Of a stretch of 64,000 nt of DNA, positions 1-13,340 are shown in pieces. Source of the stretch: Monocercomonoides exilis PA203 (Eukaryota > Protista > Preaxostyla); contig LSRY02000009.1 in NCBI GenBank assembly GCA_001643675.2, forward strand, positions 248,001 to 312,000. The letters run 5' to 3'. Under the pieces are notes generated by a model. The model was given only the letters and a program-made list of their open reading frames with translations. It was not told the DNA's origin and made no database searches. How positions within the stretch are numbered: the stretch's first letter is position 1; each line of letters starts with the position of its first letter. The translations under genes and the position numbers were made by a program.

Positions 1-1003
1 TATATATCAGAAAAAGATTTTTATTTTGGATGTGTTATGTTCAGAGCTGAGATAGATCATATTTTCTTCCATTTTCTAATTGTTGATTCATCAATCTTGA
101 TATTTCCTTTGCTAACAGAAAACTGAAATAAAAGTTCATAATATTGTTGAAAGTTTCGATAATTTTCGAAGCGTACTGCACAATGGTGTTATTTATTTAT
201 TAATTTTAAATAAATGTCCAGACAAGTCAAATCAGCTGAACGTTATTTTTTTTATTGAAGAAAGTGTTAGAAAGCCAGCTACACCGAAGAAGCATCAGTT
301 GTCAAAACGGAAAAGAAGGAAAGTTTGATGTTTGCTTGCATTTTTATTTTTGTTTTTTTTTTGAGTGTTGATTAATTTTGTGATTTCAGTCAACTCAGAT
401 GAATGAAATCAACAAAAACGAAAAAATGATGAATATGCGATTATTCAGTTGAATATCGAAGGCGGACAGCGAACTCCTTTCATGAAGGCAAGGGATAAAA
501 GCATTGGGCGTTTGTGGAACTGTTCATTTTTTTGACAAAGAGTTAAAACATAATGGAGGTGAAAAGAGAATGAATGTCTCATTTTTCGCAGAAAAGTCTG
601 AGATTGATTCATTTTAAGGTGAAACGACAGACAAAAGAGCGGTTAACGAACCTGTTGGAAAAGTGATTTGAAACAAGGAAGATGGAAATGAAGAGGAAAT
701 TGGGAAGAAAATGGAAATAACTGAACATTTGACCTTTTTTGAACGGGAAAAGGAAGGCAAACAAGGAGCTTGCACAACACAATCGTTTGGGCCTTTCAAC
801 AGGGACTGCGATGCTTGTGACTTCTGCTTTGGAGAATAGAACAGCAAATCTTTATAACTGAATCACCCATCAAATTTCTCAAAGATAACAGAAATGATTT
901 TGCAATTTATCAACCAAAATGGGGTGAAAAATATGTTAATATCTTCGCTCTCAGTTTCTGAATTAGTCTTTTCACACGCATTTCATTCTCATAGTCGATT
1001 CCA

Positions 1004-1172
1004 TTTCTTCTTCTTCTCCTCCTCCTCCTTTATCTTCTTCTTCCTCTACTACTACTGCTGCTGCTGCTGCTGCTTCTTCTTCTTCTTCTTCTTCTTCTTC
1101 TTCTTCTTCTTCTTCTTCTTCTTCTTCTTCTTCTTCTTCTTCTTCTTCTTCTTCTTCTTCTTCTTCTTCTTT
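1004..1172. repeat. Compound trinucleotide microsatellite (TTC/CCT/CTA/CTG, then a long (CTT)n)
   Basis: Directly visible; explains the poly-F/poly-R pseudo-ORFs at 894-1254. Confidence 0.97.
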
Positions 1173-1865
1173 TAGTTGAAAAAACGGTATTTATTCCAAA
1201 TAGAAGCTGAAATAAAGGAGAAGAAAATAACATTGTGATAAGATGAACAATCAATCAAAAGAATAAAATTGGACAAATTGGCAGATAAGCTTAATTATCA
1301 CTCATAATAATCAGACAAAGAAAGAAACAAGAGAAATGATTATTTTTCATATGGGAGAAGATTGGGAAAAGGGGGAATATCTTTGCGTATTTCAAAATTG
1401 TGTAGTATTAAATAAAAACATTCATCGATGCATTCAAATTAAAAGCGAATCAATTTGCTTTTATTTTATGAAACATTTTAATTTTTGAACAATTGAAAAC
1501 AATAAAATAAAAAATAATTTTTCTGAATTTTCTTAATTTTTTTTTCAATTAAATTTCAAAGAATTTCATCAAAATGATTTCAAAACAAAAGGATAAGAAT
1601 GAAATGCGAAAATACTTAAACGGCATTTAACAACAATAATTTAAACAAAAAATTTAAAAATAAAAAATGAAAAAATTAAAAAATAAGATAATTATCTCAA
1701 TTATCTTATTTTCTCTTTATAATCTGCTTAACGAATCATTCAAAAAAAGACTTGCTTTCATTGAATGAATCAAAATTGCAAAGTGCATTAAAATATACAT
1801 AAGAATAGCATTTGTATTCTCTTCCAAAAAAATTAGAAGATGAAAAAGAAAAAAATAAATAAATA

Positions 1866-1914
1866 TGAAAATGAAAAGGAAAAGGAAAAGGAAAAGGAAA
1901 AGGAAAATGAAAAT

Positions 1915-2009
<95 letters not shown>

Positions 2010-2012
2010 TGA
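1866..2012. repeat. Hexanucleotide tandem repeat GAAAA(T/G/C), mostly (GAAAAC)n
   Basis: Directly visible; units shift from GAAAAG to GAAAAT to GAAAAC. Confidence 0.95.
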
Positions 2013-2233
2013 AATAACAAACCAATTAAACGAGAAAATAAATCACAACTTTCAAAAAAAAAAAATAGAAGCATTTTTAAGCTTAATAGTAAAAAATATG
2101 AAGAGAGAAGAAGAAGAAGAAGGAAAAAAATGAAGTGTCTGAAATTTAAACTTTAAAAAAAAAGAGAGAGAGAGAGAGAGAAAGAAAGAATGAAAGAGAG
2201 ATTAGTTTCATAACAAAAGCAATAAAGAGCCTC

Positions 2234-3955
2234 TCAAGAAAAGCTTTTGAGTTCGAATTGGGAAAAATCATCATTATCATCGGAAGAAGAAGAAGAAGAC
2301 AAAATATGATTGACAGCTTCTTCGATTAGCTCACTGCTTATTCCTTCCTTTTTCTCTTTTGGCTCAAATTGTTCTGTTGAATCATACATGCCATGTGTTG
2401 TACTGTACAGTTGCTGCCTTGATTTTCCCCTTTTTTCACTTTCTTCTTTGTATTCATTTTTGTATTTGTTCTTGAATTCATCTTTGATTTCTCTTCCTCC
2501 TTCATTTTCTCTCTCTTCTCTCTCTCCTCCTTCTTCTTCTCTTTCTTCTTCTTCTTCTTCTTCTTCTCCTTCAGGTCCATCGACTCCCTCCTCATCAAAA
2601 ACCCTCTTCTTCTTTTTGAATATCCTCCTCTTCCTCTTAACTGCAACAAAAACAACACAAAATACCCCAGCTGCAATCAAAGTGAATGCAACCACAACAA
2701 TAATCCACCAAGGAACACCCTTCGCTCCTTTATTTCTGTCTTTTCCTTCATCTTCCTCCTCTTCTTTAGGCCCATCTTTCTTCGGTTTATCTTTCTTCCC
2801 TTTCAAATACTTCTCATACACATCAGCTGGTTCGGATACTTCATCTGTTGCTCCCACAATCCATCCAACTGTTGAATTGTCATAATCATTCGCAAATTCA
2901 AATGCATCTTCTTGTTTGCAGAACTCATCTAAATCAGGTGCAACGATGAACAGAGAAGTTGATTTTGAACCAGCTGTATTTGAGCTATCAATATCCAAAT
3001 TGCCTGTTGAAGGAAGTTGAAGATTCGATGTTGCCTTTGGCATCTCAATGAATATTGCCCCTGCTTTCCCCTTTGGTGCTGTGCATGACTTGAATGTGCA
3101 TTTGCTTTTTCTTCCAACCGCAACTGTTGACTCTTTCGAACTCAAAGAAATCTCCATGCCAGCCACTTTTCCATTCTCTGAATTCACTCCATTCATGCTC
3201 AGCCCTTCAATGCTAACTGCTGAATGCGTGCTTCCTCCATTCTCAATGGTAATCGCTGCTCCATTTTGAACATTCGCGTTGCTGATCTCCACTCCATTCA
3301 ACGAAGCTGAACTCACACTGCTGAAAGAAAATGGCGATGAAGAAAACGAAACTGTGTTGCCGTTGTCTGTGCATGTTACAGTGCTCATTGAAACTTTCCC
3401 TCCAATAACACTTACAAGATTGCCAACAATAGAACCATCTTCATCAACATTTAAATTCACATTATCTGGTAATTGCGAACCAACTCTGACAAATAGGCAA
3501 TTGCTGATCGTGAGCGACGCCAACATTTCATTTCCGGAAATTAAAGAAGTCCATTTTATTCCTGATGTGGGAAAGTTGAATGCCAAATACTTAATATCCA
3601 CTTTTTTTTCACATGTGAATAGAGCAGACGATGCGCTAACATTGCAATCAATTGCCACTTCTGTATTTCCCTCTCCAGTTCCATTAACTCCTTCAATCGT
3701 TATTCCTTTGTTCTTGTTGAAGGTTATCGCTTCTGCAGTCAATGGGATAGTATCTTTAACAACTTTAATGGTGTACTCCATTTCATCTCTTAACAAACCG
3801 TATGCACTTTTCAATGATTTTTTTTCCTGGCCGATTGCCAAACCATTGAATGTTTCGTTCCCGCCTTGCTTCACGTAAACGGTTGAAGAAATAATTTGTT
3901 CATCTTGAGAGAAAATCGATATCACAATTTGGAAAAGAATTAATCCCCAAGACAT
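2234..3955 (-). CDS. Single-pass type I membrane surface protein (~573 aa) with a beta-helix/adhesin-like ectodomain
   Basis: Intronless ORF with first ATG at 3955 (MSWGLILFQIVISIFSQ, signal-like). It has CTFKSC..GKAGAIFI beta-helix-type motifs, a TM segment WWIIVVVAFTLIAAGVFCVVFVAV, a KRKRR stop-transfer and an acidic tail. Confidence 0.85.
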   Translation of the reverse strand: MSWGLILFQIVISIFSQDEQIISSTVYVKQGGNETFNGLAIGQEKKSLKSAYGLLRDEMEYTIKVVKDTIPLTAEAITFNKNKGITIEGVNGTGEGNTEVAIDCNVSASSALFTCEKKVDIKYLAFNFPTSGIKWTSLISGNEMLASLTISNCLFVRVGSQLPDNVNLNVDEDGSIVGNLVSVIGGKVSMSTVTCTDNGNTVSFSSSPFSFSSVSSASLNGVEISNANVQNGAAITIENGGSTHSAVSIEGLSMNGVNSENGKVAGMEISLSSKESTVAVGRKSKCTFKSCTAPKGKAGAIFIEMPKATSNLQLPSTGNLDIDSSNTAGSKSTSLFIVAPDLDEFCKQEDAFEFANDYDNSTVGWIVGATDEVSEPADVYEKYLKGKKDKPKKDGPKEEEEDEGKDRNKGAKGVPWWIIVVVAFTLIAAGVFCVVFVAVKRKRRIFKKKKRVFDEEGVDGPEGEEEEEEEEREEEGGEREERENEGGREIKDEFKNKYKNEYKEESEKRGKSRQQLYSTTHGMYDSTEQFEPKEKKEGISSELIEEAVNHILSSSSSSDDNDDFSQFELKSFS

Positions 3956-5719
3956 TCTTAATTTCACTTTTAAATCAATTTTCTGATCAATATTTATATA
4001 ACTTTAAAATTTATCACAAAAATTTTCAATTAACATCTAAACATGAGAAAATGAAAAAATAGAACACTGATCAGTTAGAAAATATAAAGATTTTTTGTAA
4101 ATTCAAATAAAAAAAAAAAAATAAATAAAAATAAAAATAATAAATAAAATAATAAATATAAAATAAATACAAAATTTTAATTTTAAAAAAGAAATAATTC
4201 CAAAAAATGTAAGAAGATGATAATGATATTTGATGTTCTTTCTAAGATTTTGATTTCGCATCATTCCTTTCTTTCACCTCTTCTTATATCTTTTCCCCTC
4301 CTAGAGGAACCATCATCTGTGAATACTTTGCATTATCTTTTGTCTCGTTTTTCGCTTCTGCTTCTTTTTCATCTCATTTCATTTTCATCTTCAACAAATC
4401 CTATTTGCTGGAGCTCCTGCTTTTCATCTCTTCCAGACCTCCGCCCATTCTGCCAATATCGAACGCACTCTCAATATACAGCAGACTTCTTACAAAGCAG
4501 TTCACTTTCTCCACTTTCTCCTCTTTCTCCTCTTTATCCACTAATTCCTGTTTCGCATGACGAATGTGCTTTACAAACTGAATTTATTCGCCCTCTTAAT
4601 ATTCCGTCTATTGTGACCAAGACATATATTGCTTCAAACAGTATCTTCTTCTTCCTCTCCGCCTTTTCCAGTTTTGCTTCAAAAATAAAAAAAAAAAAAA
4701 AAAAAAACATTCACTCTGTATTCAACCTCAAACGGAACAAACCTTCTACGTTTCTCTTCTCGTCTCTTCGTTACCTACTTTCTTTGTGATGCTGAGAGAA
4801 AACTCATTGAAGAGAACAGCAACCGTTCCATATAATGTCAAGAGCATTTGTATGAAAGCAGCAGAAGCACGAAGTTGACGAAGGGGATTATTATTGATGA
4901 ATGCGCAGCAGATACGTTTCATTCAAAAAAGAATCAGAATGAATATCATCAAATTTTGATGATGAAACGTGCAGCGAAATTGGATTGCCACAATTTACAG
5001 TTAAACGAGAAAGAAATACATTACATTATTTTATGTGATATTTTCCATTTTGGTTTGAAGAAAATTTGTGGAATGGCAATAAACGAAGTGATTTTTGAAG
5101 AAAAGAAAACAAGTTATTGAGCGCTAGCTTCACGAAATATGACATTCCAGATGAATTTTCTGTGGTTTTTCCATTCATTTCATTTTGCATTTCTGACGTC
5201 TCTGCAAATTTTCTTATGTTTTTTCTCTTTCGATTTGGAGTTCTGATATGTCATCTATCTGTAACTTTCAATTCAATTCCTTTTGAATGCAGTGCTGATC
5301 ACCTCCTTCTTCGCGTAGACTGGAAATACACGAGAAAACAGCAAAAGAAACAGCATACTTGCCAGCTCAGTCACGTCAGCCTCTGTTCCTTCACACATCA
5401 AATATCATCCGTTGTTTCTTTTCCGTGGCCAATGTGTCCTGCATCAAGAAGTTATTTTCAACGAAGTGCTAAAGATTATTCATTGAAGATAGAATGAAAC
5501 TGGAGTTGTTCAAAAGTCCGAAGCTCTTTTTGGGGAGATGGCTGTAGTTGATCATTGATCCCATCGTCAGCTTCAGACGCCCTTAGGATGAAAGATAATT
5601 TGCGTACGGCATAGATACAAAAAGAAAATCAGAAGAAAAAGATTGCTGTGTGACTAAGATTGTTGTGATGATTGTAAGCATAATGAACAAAAAGAAGAAG
5701 AAGAAGAAGAAGATAATGA

Positions 5720-6500
5720 TCAAGAATTAAAAAATACATATAATAACATTTGCTGTGGAGGTGCATATGAAAACAATGATAGCTTAGACGAAGATGAAGA
5801 AGATGAAGATGAAGATCTTATCGAGATATCATATGTTGGATATATTTTAACAGAAGATATTCCCAACATCACAACCTCGCTCTCTGCTCCAGCAAGCCAA
5901 GCTTTGACGATATAGCCCAAAGACGAGGGTAAAGTGTCTTTAATAAATTCTTTTCATCTTCAATTGCAGTGAAAATATCCAGTCCATTCTCATTGTCTTG
6001 CTCAACAAAGATAAGATTGTTAATTTCAACAACAAGTCTGATTTCTTCCGTTTGGAAAAGATACGGATAGAAATATCTTCACATTATATAGATAAATACA
6101 AAATACAAACATGCTGATATTTCCATTCAAAATTTAAATTGTTGCATTTCGTTGTTCTTCCGATTACCAAAAATAAACAGAATGAACTTCCTCGTTCGCA
6201 ATGTTTTTCCAGTGATTGATGTAAGCATGTGAAATAATACAATAAATTCTGCAGGATAGATTCTTTCGCCAATCTCTCATCTTTCCAATGGATAATCTCG
6301 TTCAAAGAAAACAATTTGATCATTCAATCCATAACAAATAAAGAATAATCGAAAAAGCGTTGTTTTTCTCCATATTCGCTTGGCCAGAATGTCAACAAAA
6401 GAAAAAACAGTGTGAGCACGCATGTTTTATTTGATTGTTTTGAGTTTTTATTTTTCAACTATTTCTTCTATTCGATCATATATGAATTCGATGTGAATGG
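5720..6500 (-). pseudogene. Decayed coding remnant lying head-to-head with the helical-repeat gene (copy 1)
   Basis: Translates as ...GYIVKAWLAGAESEVVMLGISSVKIYPTYDISIRSSS. It is homologous to 9851-11040 and 25960-26670 and is broken by stops. Confidence 0.55.
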
Positions 6501-6553
6501 CTGAAATATTAATGCTTTCTTGAACAAATTTTTTTTCAAAAAAAAAGAAAATA

Positions 6554-8017
6554 ATGCATGATATGTACATCACAAAAATATTCAACAGTTTGCAATTGTT
6601 ATGCAAGTGAATATTTGTTTATTGCATTTTTTCTTTGTTTTTTATTGAAGAATTGTTTGACGAGCTTGAAGGTTGCAATGAGGAAGATCAGAAACAGAAA
6701 ATCGAAAAAATTAACGGACTTGCGGAGGAAATGGATAAAGAAATGTTTGATTCTGTTTTCATTACAGATCTGTTCGACAAAATTCAAAAAATGATTAAAG
6801 AAAAGAAATTGTCTTTTGAAAATGCATTATTTTTGCTGAAGCGCATTGGAAGGTGCTCATTGGAGAAAGATCTGAGAAGAACTTCTTTTTTTAGTTCTCG
6901 GCTGAAATGCAACTTTGAAAAGATGATTTTTGAAGAGCAGAAAAAAAAAGAAAAGAATGAAAGGCTTCAAATCGGTCTTTGTGAATGTTATCTTTTATTA
7001 AATTACGAATATATGGACCTTCCAGAAAGAGTGACTGAAATATGTGTGCGCTGTCTTTTGAAAGTCGCATTGTCGAAGGAGGAAAGTGAAAAAACTCAAA
7101 AAGAAGTGGAAATGGCGCTGCTGGCTTTGAGTTGCATTGAGTTGTATAATGTATGAATATTTCTATTTCCTTTTTGGTATTTTTTTGATTTTTTTCTAAT
7201 TTCCAAGGGTGTGGAAAATGAGCTGTATTTGAATGAGATCAAAGAAATAATTCAATATCACCAGAAATGCGGAAATCTCACACCTTTTGCCTATCAGTCT
7301 GCTTGGCTGTTTTTGATTTATCGATCTTTTTACGATGAGGATTTGGTAGCGGCCGTTGTTAATGAACTTCATTTTGTGGAAGATGCAAGAAGAGAACTTG
7401 GAGATCTGTCAAAGCGTGTGGATAGGAAGAGAAAAGAAGAAGAAAATGAAAAAAGAAGAAAAGAAACAAAAGAAGAGCTTCTTTTGATTCGATGGCTGCG
7501 AATGTTGGTGGTTTGTTTTTTCGACTGTAATTTGTGGAATGAAGAATCTTCTGTGATTATCGAAAGCATTGCAAGAGTATATGGAGAGGCAAGGGATGAT
7601 AACAGAGAAATTGGTAAGTGGAGCATTTATTTTTTTGAACGTGCAGCAGAACATGGAAATGTGAAAGTTGATACTTTGCTGAGAGGCGGTGCTGTTGATG
7701 CTGTTTTGGAAGAAATTCATCAAACAACGTTCCAAGAAATAAATGCAACTAATTGTTTGAATTTCTTTTTGAATATTTCAAAAAGATTGAAAAAAGAGGA
7801 GGAAGAAGAGGAGGATGAAGAGAAGGATGAATCAAAAAAAGATGAAATGGAAGAAGAGAAAAGAAAAGGGTTGAAAAGAAAAGTGCTTGAAAAGATGGAA
7901 GAAGAAGGATACGAAGATGTCATAATAAGCTTTCATAAAATATTCGATTTTCTTCACAGAAAATATTGGATAAATGTTTTATCATTGAATATTTCAGATT
8001 ATTTTGTGAGTGTTTGA
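6554..8017 (+). CDS. Lineage-specific alpha-helical (ARM/HEAT-like) repeat protein, paralog 1
   Basis: Three exons 6554-6587, 6651-7150, 7208-8017 with GT-AG introns (phase 1, 0) give MHDMYITKIFNKLFDELEGC...LCECYL...KEVEMALLAL...LYLNEIKEIIQYHQ...AYQSAW...KMEEEGYED. The fold is inferred. Confidence 0.88.
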
Positions 8018-8396
8018 GGAAATGAGATTAGTTACAAATTGTGTCTAGGAAGTTCAATTTTTGATTTCTTTTTCTTTTTTCTTTCTTTCTCTTTTTTCTC
8101 GCTCTCTCTGATTTTATTTTGATTTTGATTTTATTATTTTAATAATTATTATTATTTATTTTTTCGATTCTTATTTAATAAGATGGAGTTGGAATAGATT
8201 GATTTATTCGAATGAAAATAGTTTTTGCAAATTATCAATATTTAATTGGAATAAAAAAATTTTAATTGGAATGAAGACAGTCTTTTCAGAATAATTCTTA
8301 AAAAATTTATTTTCTAATATGTTTCAAGAAAATACATTTTTTTCCAGTAAGTGCATTTGTTAATGAATCAAATATATTTGTTTATAAAAACAAAAC

Positions 8397-8399
<3 letters not shown>

Positions 8400-8456
<57 letters not shown>
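8400..8456. repeat. Poly(A) tract (~57 nt)
   Basis: Directly visible. Confidence 0.95.
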
Positions 8457-8458
<2 letters not shown>

Positions 8459-8653
8459 TTTAGATGAATATTTTTCTAAACTAATTGTTTTGTTTCTTGT
8501 AAATGAATGCTGAAAAATCATGTTATTTATTTGATTGACAACAAAAGCCATCGAAACAGAAATGCAATTAGCGATTAAACATTATTGTTCCTTTCACAAT
8601 GTTTGTTAATTCTTTTTTGTTATTTTTTCTATCCATATTTTTCACATTTTCGA

Positions 8654-11040
8654 TCAAACAGGTCGAAAAAAATTAAAACAATAACAAATCGCAAAATGAA
8701 CTTCATTTGGCTGAAATTGTTCCAGATGCCTGATTACGCATGTTATTCGCCCCTCCACATGAAATTCTATCAGTTGCAGATGTTGTTGTTCCTGTTGTTT
8801 TTGAGTCATTTCATTCACACCAAGAGAAGGGATTCGCATGATCGTCTGCCATCTGCTGTTTCCCCAACTTTTGCAGATTCCTTGCACTTCCATTGGCTGA
8901 AACGTTTCGAGAGCGATTGAGCCCAATGAATAAATTGCTTGAGGAGGAAAATAAAGGAGGAGAAGAAGAAGGCATATTCGACAAAGCAGCGGAGCTTGGG
9001 CTGAATGTGCAGAAGGACCTTCGTGTGTGAGTGAAGAGGAGTTCGCGACAAGAGATGAAGGAGTGAGGGGCTTTGGAGGAGTGCCAAAGAACAGATGAGG
9101 CAGACAATTGGGTGTGGAGCAAGAGAGAAAAAGGAGGAGAAGCAAATGTTGAGGAGGCTGTGATGTGTTGAGTGTGCAGCTGGGCAGATGAGAGTGTGCT
9201 GTCGAACAAGAAAAAATGTCTGCTGCTATTCATCTTCATCATTACCTCCTCCTTCTTCTTCTTTTCCACTTCCCCTCCTCCTCCTTTCTGTTGATGTCTG
9301 TGCAAGTCTTGTGTCGAAAGCGTCAATTTGCGATGTGTTAAACTCATCTTTCTCATTTGTTTTCATCTTTGTCTTAGGCTCTTCCTGTTGTCTTCCTTTC
9401 CTTTTCTCAGCTGTGTGCTCAATTTGCTATTAAAATCCACCTTCTTTGCCTCTTCCATTTGAACGCATCCTCCTCTTTCTTTGCTTCTTGACAGTTTCAC
9501 AAAATGAGAGCATGCGTGCGATATTGCTGGCAGCTCCTTCCTCCTTTTCATTTCCATTCACCCCATTCAGCACAGTCTGAGTGCAGAAGCCATATGAAAT
9601 GCTGAAGCAGAGTGGGATGTGCCACTGTGGAAGAGTTGAGCAGTTCAAATGCATATCCAGTGAAGCTGCAGAATGCATTGATGGTGATGACAACGAAGAA
9701 GAGAATAATGAAAAAGGAGGAGGAGAAGAAGAATTTTTATGAAGAAAAAGAAAAAGATTTAGAAGAAGAAAAATAAAAAGAAAAAGAGGAAGATGAACAT
9801 TTTTGGAAGAAGAAAAAGGCGAAGAAAATAATTGACAAGATATTGTGAATTTATAATTTTATTTGTTGAGGAGGTGCACATGAAAATAATGATGGCAAAG
9901 AAGAAGACGAAGACGATGCAAAAGGTGATGAAGAAGTTGTTATTGAAATATAAAATGTTGAATGTCTTCTAACTGAATGTATCCTCAGCATCGCAACCTC
10001 ATTTTCTGCTCGTGTGGATAACGCTTCTATGACATAAGGCTGAAGACAATGGTTAAATGACTCAAATCCATTTTGCCTGTCATTTATCTCGGCCACTTGA
10101 ATGAAGTCAAATTGATTGATTTTCTCAAATTTTTGGATTTTCAGCCAAACAATAAAAATTAGTTCCATTGCTCTTCCCAGCCCATAAAATCAACGCCTTG
10201 TCCTTCTCATCCCAAGAAAGTCGCCTTGTTCTGTTCCAACTTCTGCCAATCTCCTGTTTCGGTTATTTGTTCCAATCACTCCAATCAAAAAATTTTTTAA
10301 TGGCACCCTCTCCATATTCTAAAAAGGACTCTCTTTTCATAGAAACTGATCATTCTTTCTTTCTGTCTTTTGACGTCTTTCAATCCCGTGAATTTCCCTT
10401 CAATTAATATCCGTTTTTCATCGCATTTCCACATATTTCGCTTTGAGTCAACAATAATAGGTGAATATTTTTGAAAATAAAAAAGCAACCAGAATCAAAC
10501 GCATGATATTTATGAGGCAACATTTGACACTCTCCATTGTTATCTGCCCTGAAAAGAAAGGATTGGCCATTTCAATAATTCGTGATATTTCCGGGCTTTG
10601 AAAAGGATTCAGATGGAAATACCTTTTAAAAAGGGGGGGCAATAAAAGAATGAAAACAATAAGTTTCAAACGTTCAATAACTTTTATGTTGTGACTGCTT
10701 GGCCGCTCAAATGTGAAAAAAACTAGGAATCAATAAATCAAAACGAATATATCATCAACACGGAATGTTAATTCACAGGAAATAGTTGTTCTTATTCTAT
10801 TGGTATATTGAACGCACATATCCATTTTTAATAAAGAATATTTTCGTTCAAGGAAAACAATTCGATCAAATTATCCATTATAGCAAAGCGAATTGGAAAT
10901 AAAACGTTGTTTCTCTTCTTAATACTTTGTTGAAGATACTTGCGCATAGAATTATGGTGTGAATTCATAGATTTTTGCGATTATTTTGAGTTTTTATTTT
11001 TCATCTTTTTCATTTATCCAAACATATGCGAATTCAATAT
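8654..11040 (-). pseudogene. Decayed coding remnant head-to-head with helical-repeat paralog 2 (longer copy)
   Basis: 9851-10168 (PYVIEALSTRAENEVAMLRIHSVRRHSTFYISITTSSS...CAPPQQ) matches 5720-5920. 10850-11050 matches 6300-6505. Continuation to ~8650 rests only on coding-like composition. Confidence 0.4.
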
Positions 11041-11050
11041 AAATGGCTAA

Positions 11051-12498
11051 ATGAAATTGTTTTCTGGTTGTAATGCATTTTTGAAAAAGCAGCTGAATCA
11101 CATATCAAAAAGAGTTACAGGTCTGTTATTGTTGTTGCATTTGAATTCATGATTGTCACAATTTTTATCTTTTTTATTGAAGAATTGTTTTCTGAACTGA
11201 AATGTTGCAGAGAAGATGAACAAATGCAGAAAATAGAGGAAATGAATGAATTGATTAATGAAATGAATAGAGATGAATTCAAATCAGTTTTCACAAAAGA
11301 ACTGTTAAACAAAATGGGCAATTTGATTGAAGAAGAGAAAATGACGTGGGGAAATTCCATTTTGCTATTGAAGCATGTTGGATATTGCAAAGAGTTGAAA
11401 AATGTGAGAAGTCTTCATTTTGAAGAATCTTTATTAAACAAAAGATTTAAGATAATGATTGATGCTAAAAACGAGAAAAAAGAAGAAGAAAATGAAAATT
11501 TGCTGATTAATCTTTGCGAATGCTATCTTTTGGTTAACATGGGATTTTCATCGAAAATCATTACTATATGTGTGTCTTGTCTTGTGAAAGTTGCATCAAA
11601 CAAGGGGGAAAACAAAACAATTCAAAAAGAAGTGGAAATGGCTTTGTTAGCTTTGAACAATCTTAAATATCCTGTTTGTACATTTTCACTTTCTTTTTGA
11701 AATATATATATATATATATTTGATTAGGAAATTGAAAGAAAACTATATTTGAATGAACTCATAGAGATTATCCAACATCACCAGGAACATCACAATTTGA
11801 CACGACTAGCCTATCAGTCTGCTTTCCAGTTTTTGGTTAACAGATTACGCAAAGAAGATAAAATGGAAGACTTGATTGTGAATAAGCTGCATTTTATCAA
11901 AGAGGCAATAAATGAACTGGAATATCTGACAAACTATTTGGATGGGAAAGGAAAAGAAGAAGGGAAAGGAGAAAAAGATGAGAAAGAAAAGCTTCTTTTG
12001 ATTCGATGGCTTGTGACAGCTGACGATTATCTTTTGAACTGTCAAATGTGGAATGAAGAAACCGTCGAACTTATTGGCAACGTTGCTCAGATCTTTCAAG
12101 CAGCAAAGAATAATAACAGTGCAATTCGCAGACGGTGCATCTATTTGTTGGAAACAGCAGCGTATAATAGAAAAGTGAACATTGAAGACTTGTTTCAATG
12201 CGGAGCCATTGATCTCATGTTGGAGGAAATTCATCAACAAACATTGAAAATCAAAATATTATTTGTATGCTTGAAATTTTTTACGCATTTTGCAATTCGA
12301 TTGAAAGAAGAATGGAAAGGTCAAAAAATGAAAACGAAAAGAAAAGAGTTTAAAAGGCAAATCTTCGACAAGTTAGAAGAAGAAGGATGCGAAGACATCG
12401 TCACAAGCTTTCATGGAATTTTAATGAATTTTCTAAAATATGAACTTTATTATCAATCATTTTTGCAGAATTTTTCTGATTATTTTTTTTATGCTTGA
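11051..12498 (+). CDS. Helical-repeat protein family, paralog 2
   Basis: Exons 11051-11120, 11183-11673, 11728-12498 with the same intron positions and phases and the same motifs (ELFSELKCC, LCECYL, KEVEMALLAL, HHNLTRLAYQSA, KLEEEGCED). Confidence 0.85.
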
Positions 12499-13185
12499 GA
12501 AAATGAGAGATGTTGAATTTTGTAACTCCCAATTTTTTTTTTAATTTTTTTTTTTTTCTTTTTTCTTCATTTCACAATTCATCTAACATTTTGATTTTTT
12601 CTGATGACTTTTTTCACCTCTCAAAAAGAATCAAAACAAGAAAAAAGAAATTAATAAAATAAATAAATAAATAAATAAATTAACATCTTTTTCCTGCAAC
12701 TCCATTTTCTTCTTTTCTTCATCGATAATTCAATCATTTTCCCAGAGTTGTACTGAATAATAAAGACGAAAACAATTCTTTATTCTTTGGTTTTCCATTC
12801 AAATTTGGAACGATATTTTTTGCTTTGTGAATGCTGTTCCATTCTGAATATTCGAACCAATTTCTCATTTTTTTAATTTTTCTAAACATTTTTGAATGAG
12901 AATGTTTGACTTGTTATGATATGAAAGTGGAAAAAGTTTGGAACAAATCCTTATTTTTTTCATAAAAGCAAGAATTTTGTCCCATTTCGAATCTGGCATA
13001 ATTACTATTTTATTCTTTTGAGAAATTTCACATTTTTTTGAAATACATTCTTCTTTCAGTCCAATTTTTATAATGGAAAAGAATCCGGAGAAAAAATAAA
13101 TAAAATTGTGCAATAATGTTTTCAAAAGAAAATAAACAAACAATAAAATTTTTTCTTAAAGAGCTAATTTTTTACACAGTTGAAA

Positions 13186-13186
<1 letters not shown>

Positions 13187-13233
<47 letters not shown>
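13187..13233. repeat. Poly(A) tract
   Basis: Directly visible. Confidence 0.95.
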
Positions 13234-13234
<1 letters not shown>

Positions 13235-13340
13235 CAATTTCTTTCAAACAAAACAAAGTATAAATGAAATGAATCGTTAATGGAATCTATAAAAAGCATA
13301 TGGCCAAATTATTTGTCCAAGACATAATAATAATAAGCAA

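Noticed and set aside
1866-2012. Regular repeat as a possible CRISPR array
   Set aside because: It is a pure tandem hexamer with no spacers, in a eukaryotic context.
894-2133. ORFs with poly-F, poly-R, (FR)n or (EN)n
   Set aside because: They are translations of microsatellites, with no gene-like context.
4848-5120. IIIDE as a Walker B motif of an ATPase
   Set aside because: It is a short fragment with no Walker A motif and no ATG start, so the support is insufficient.
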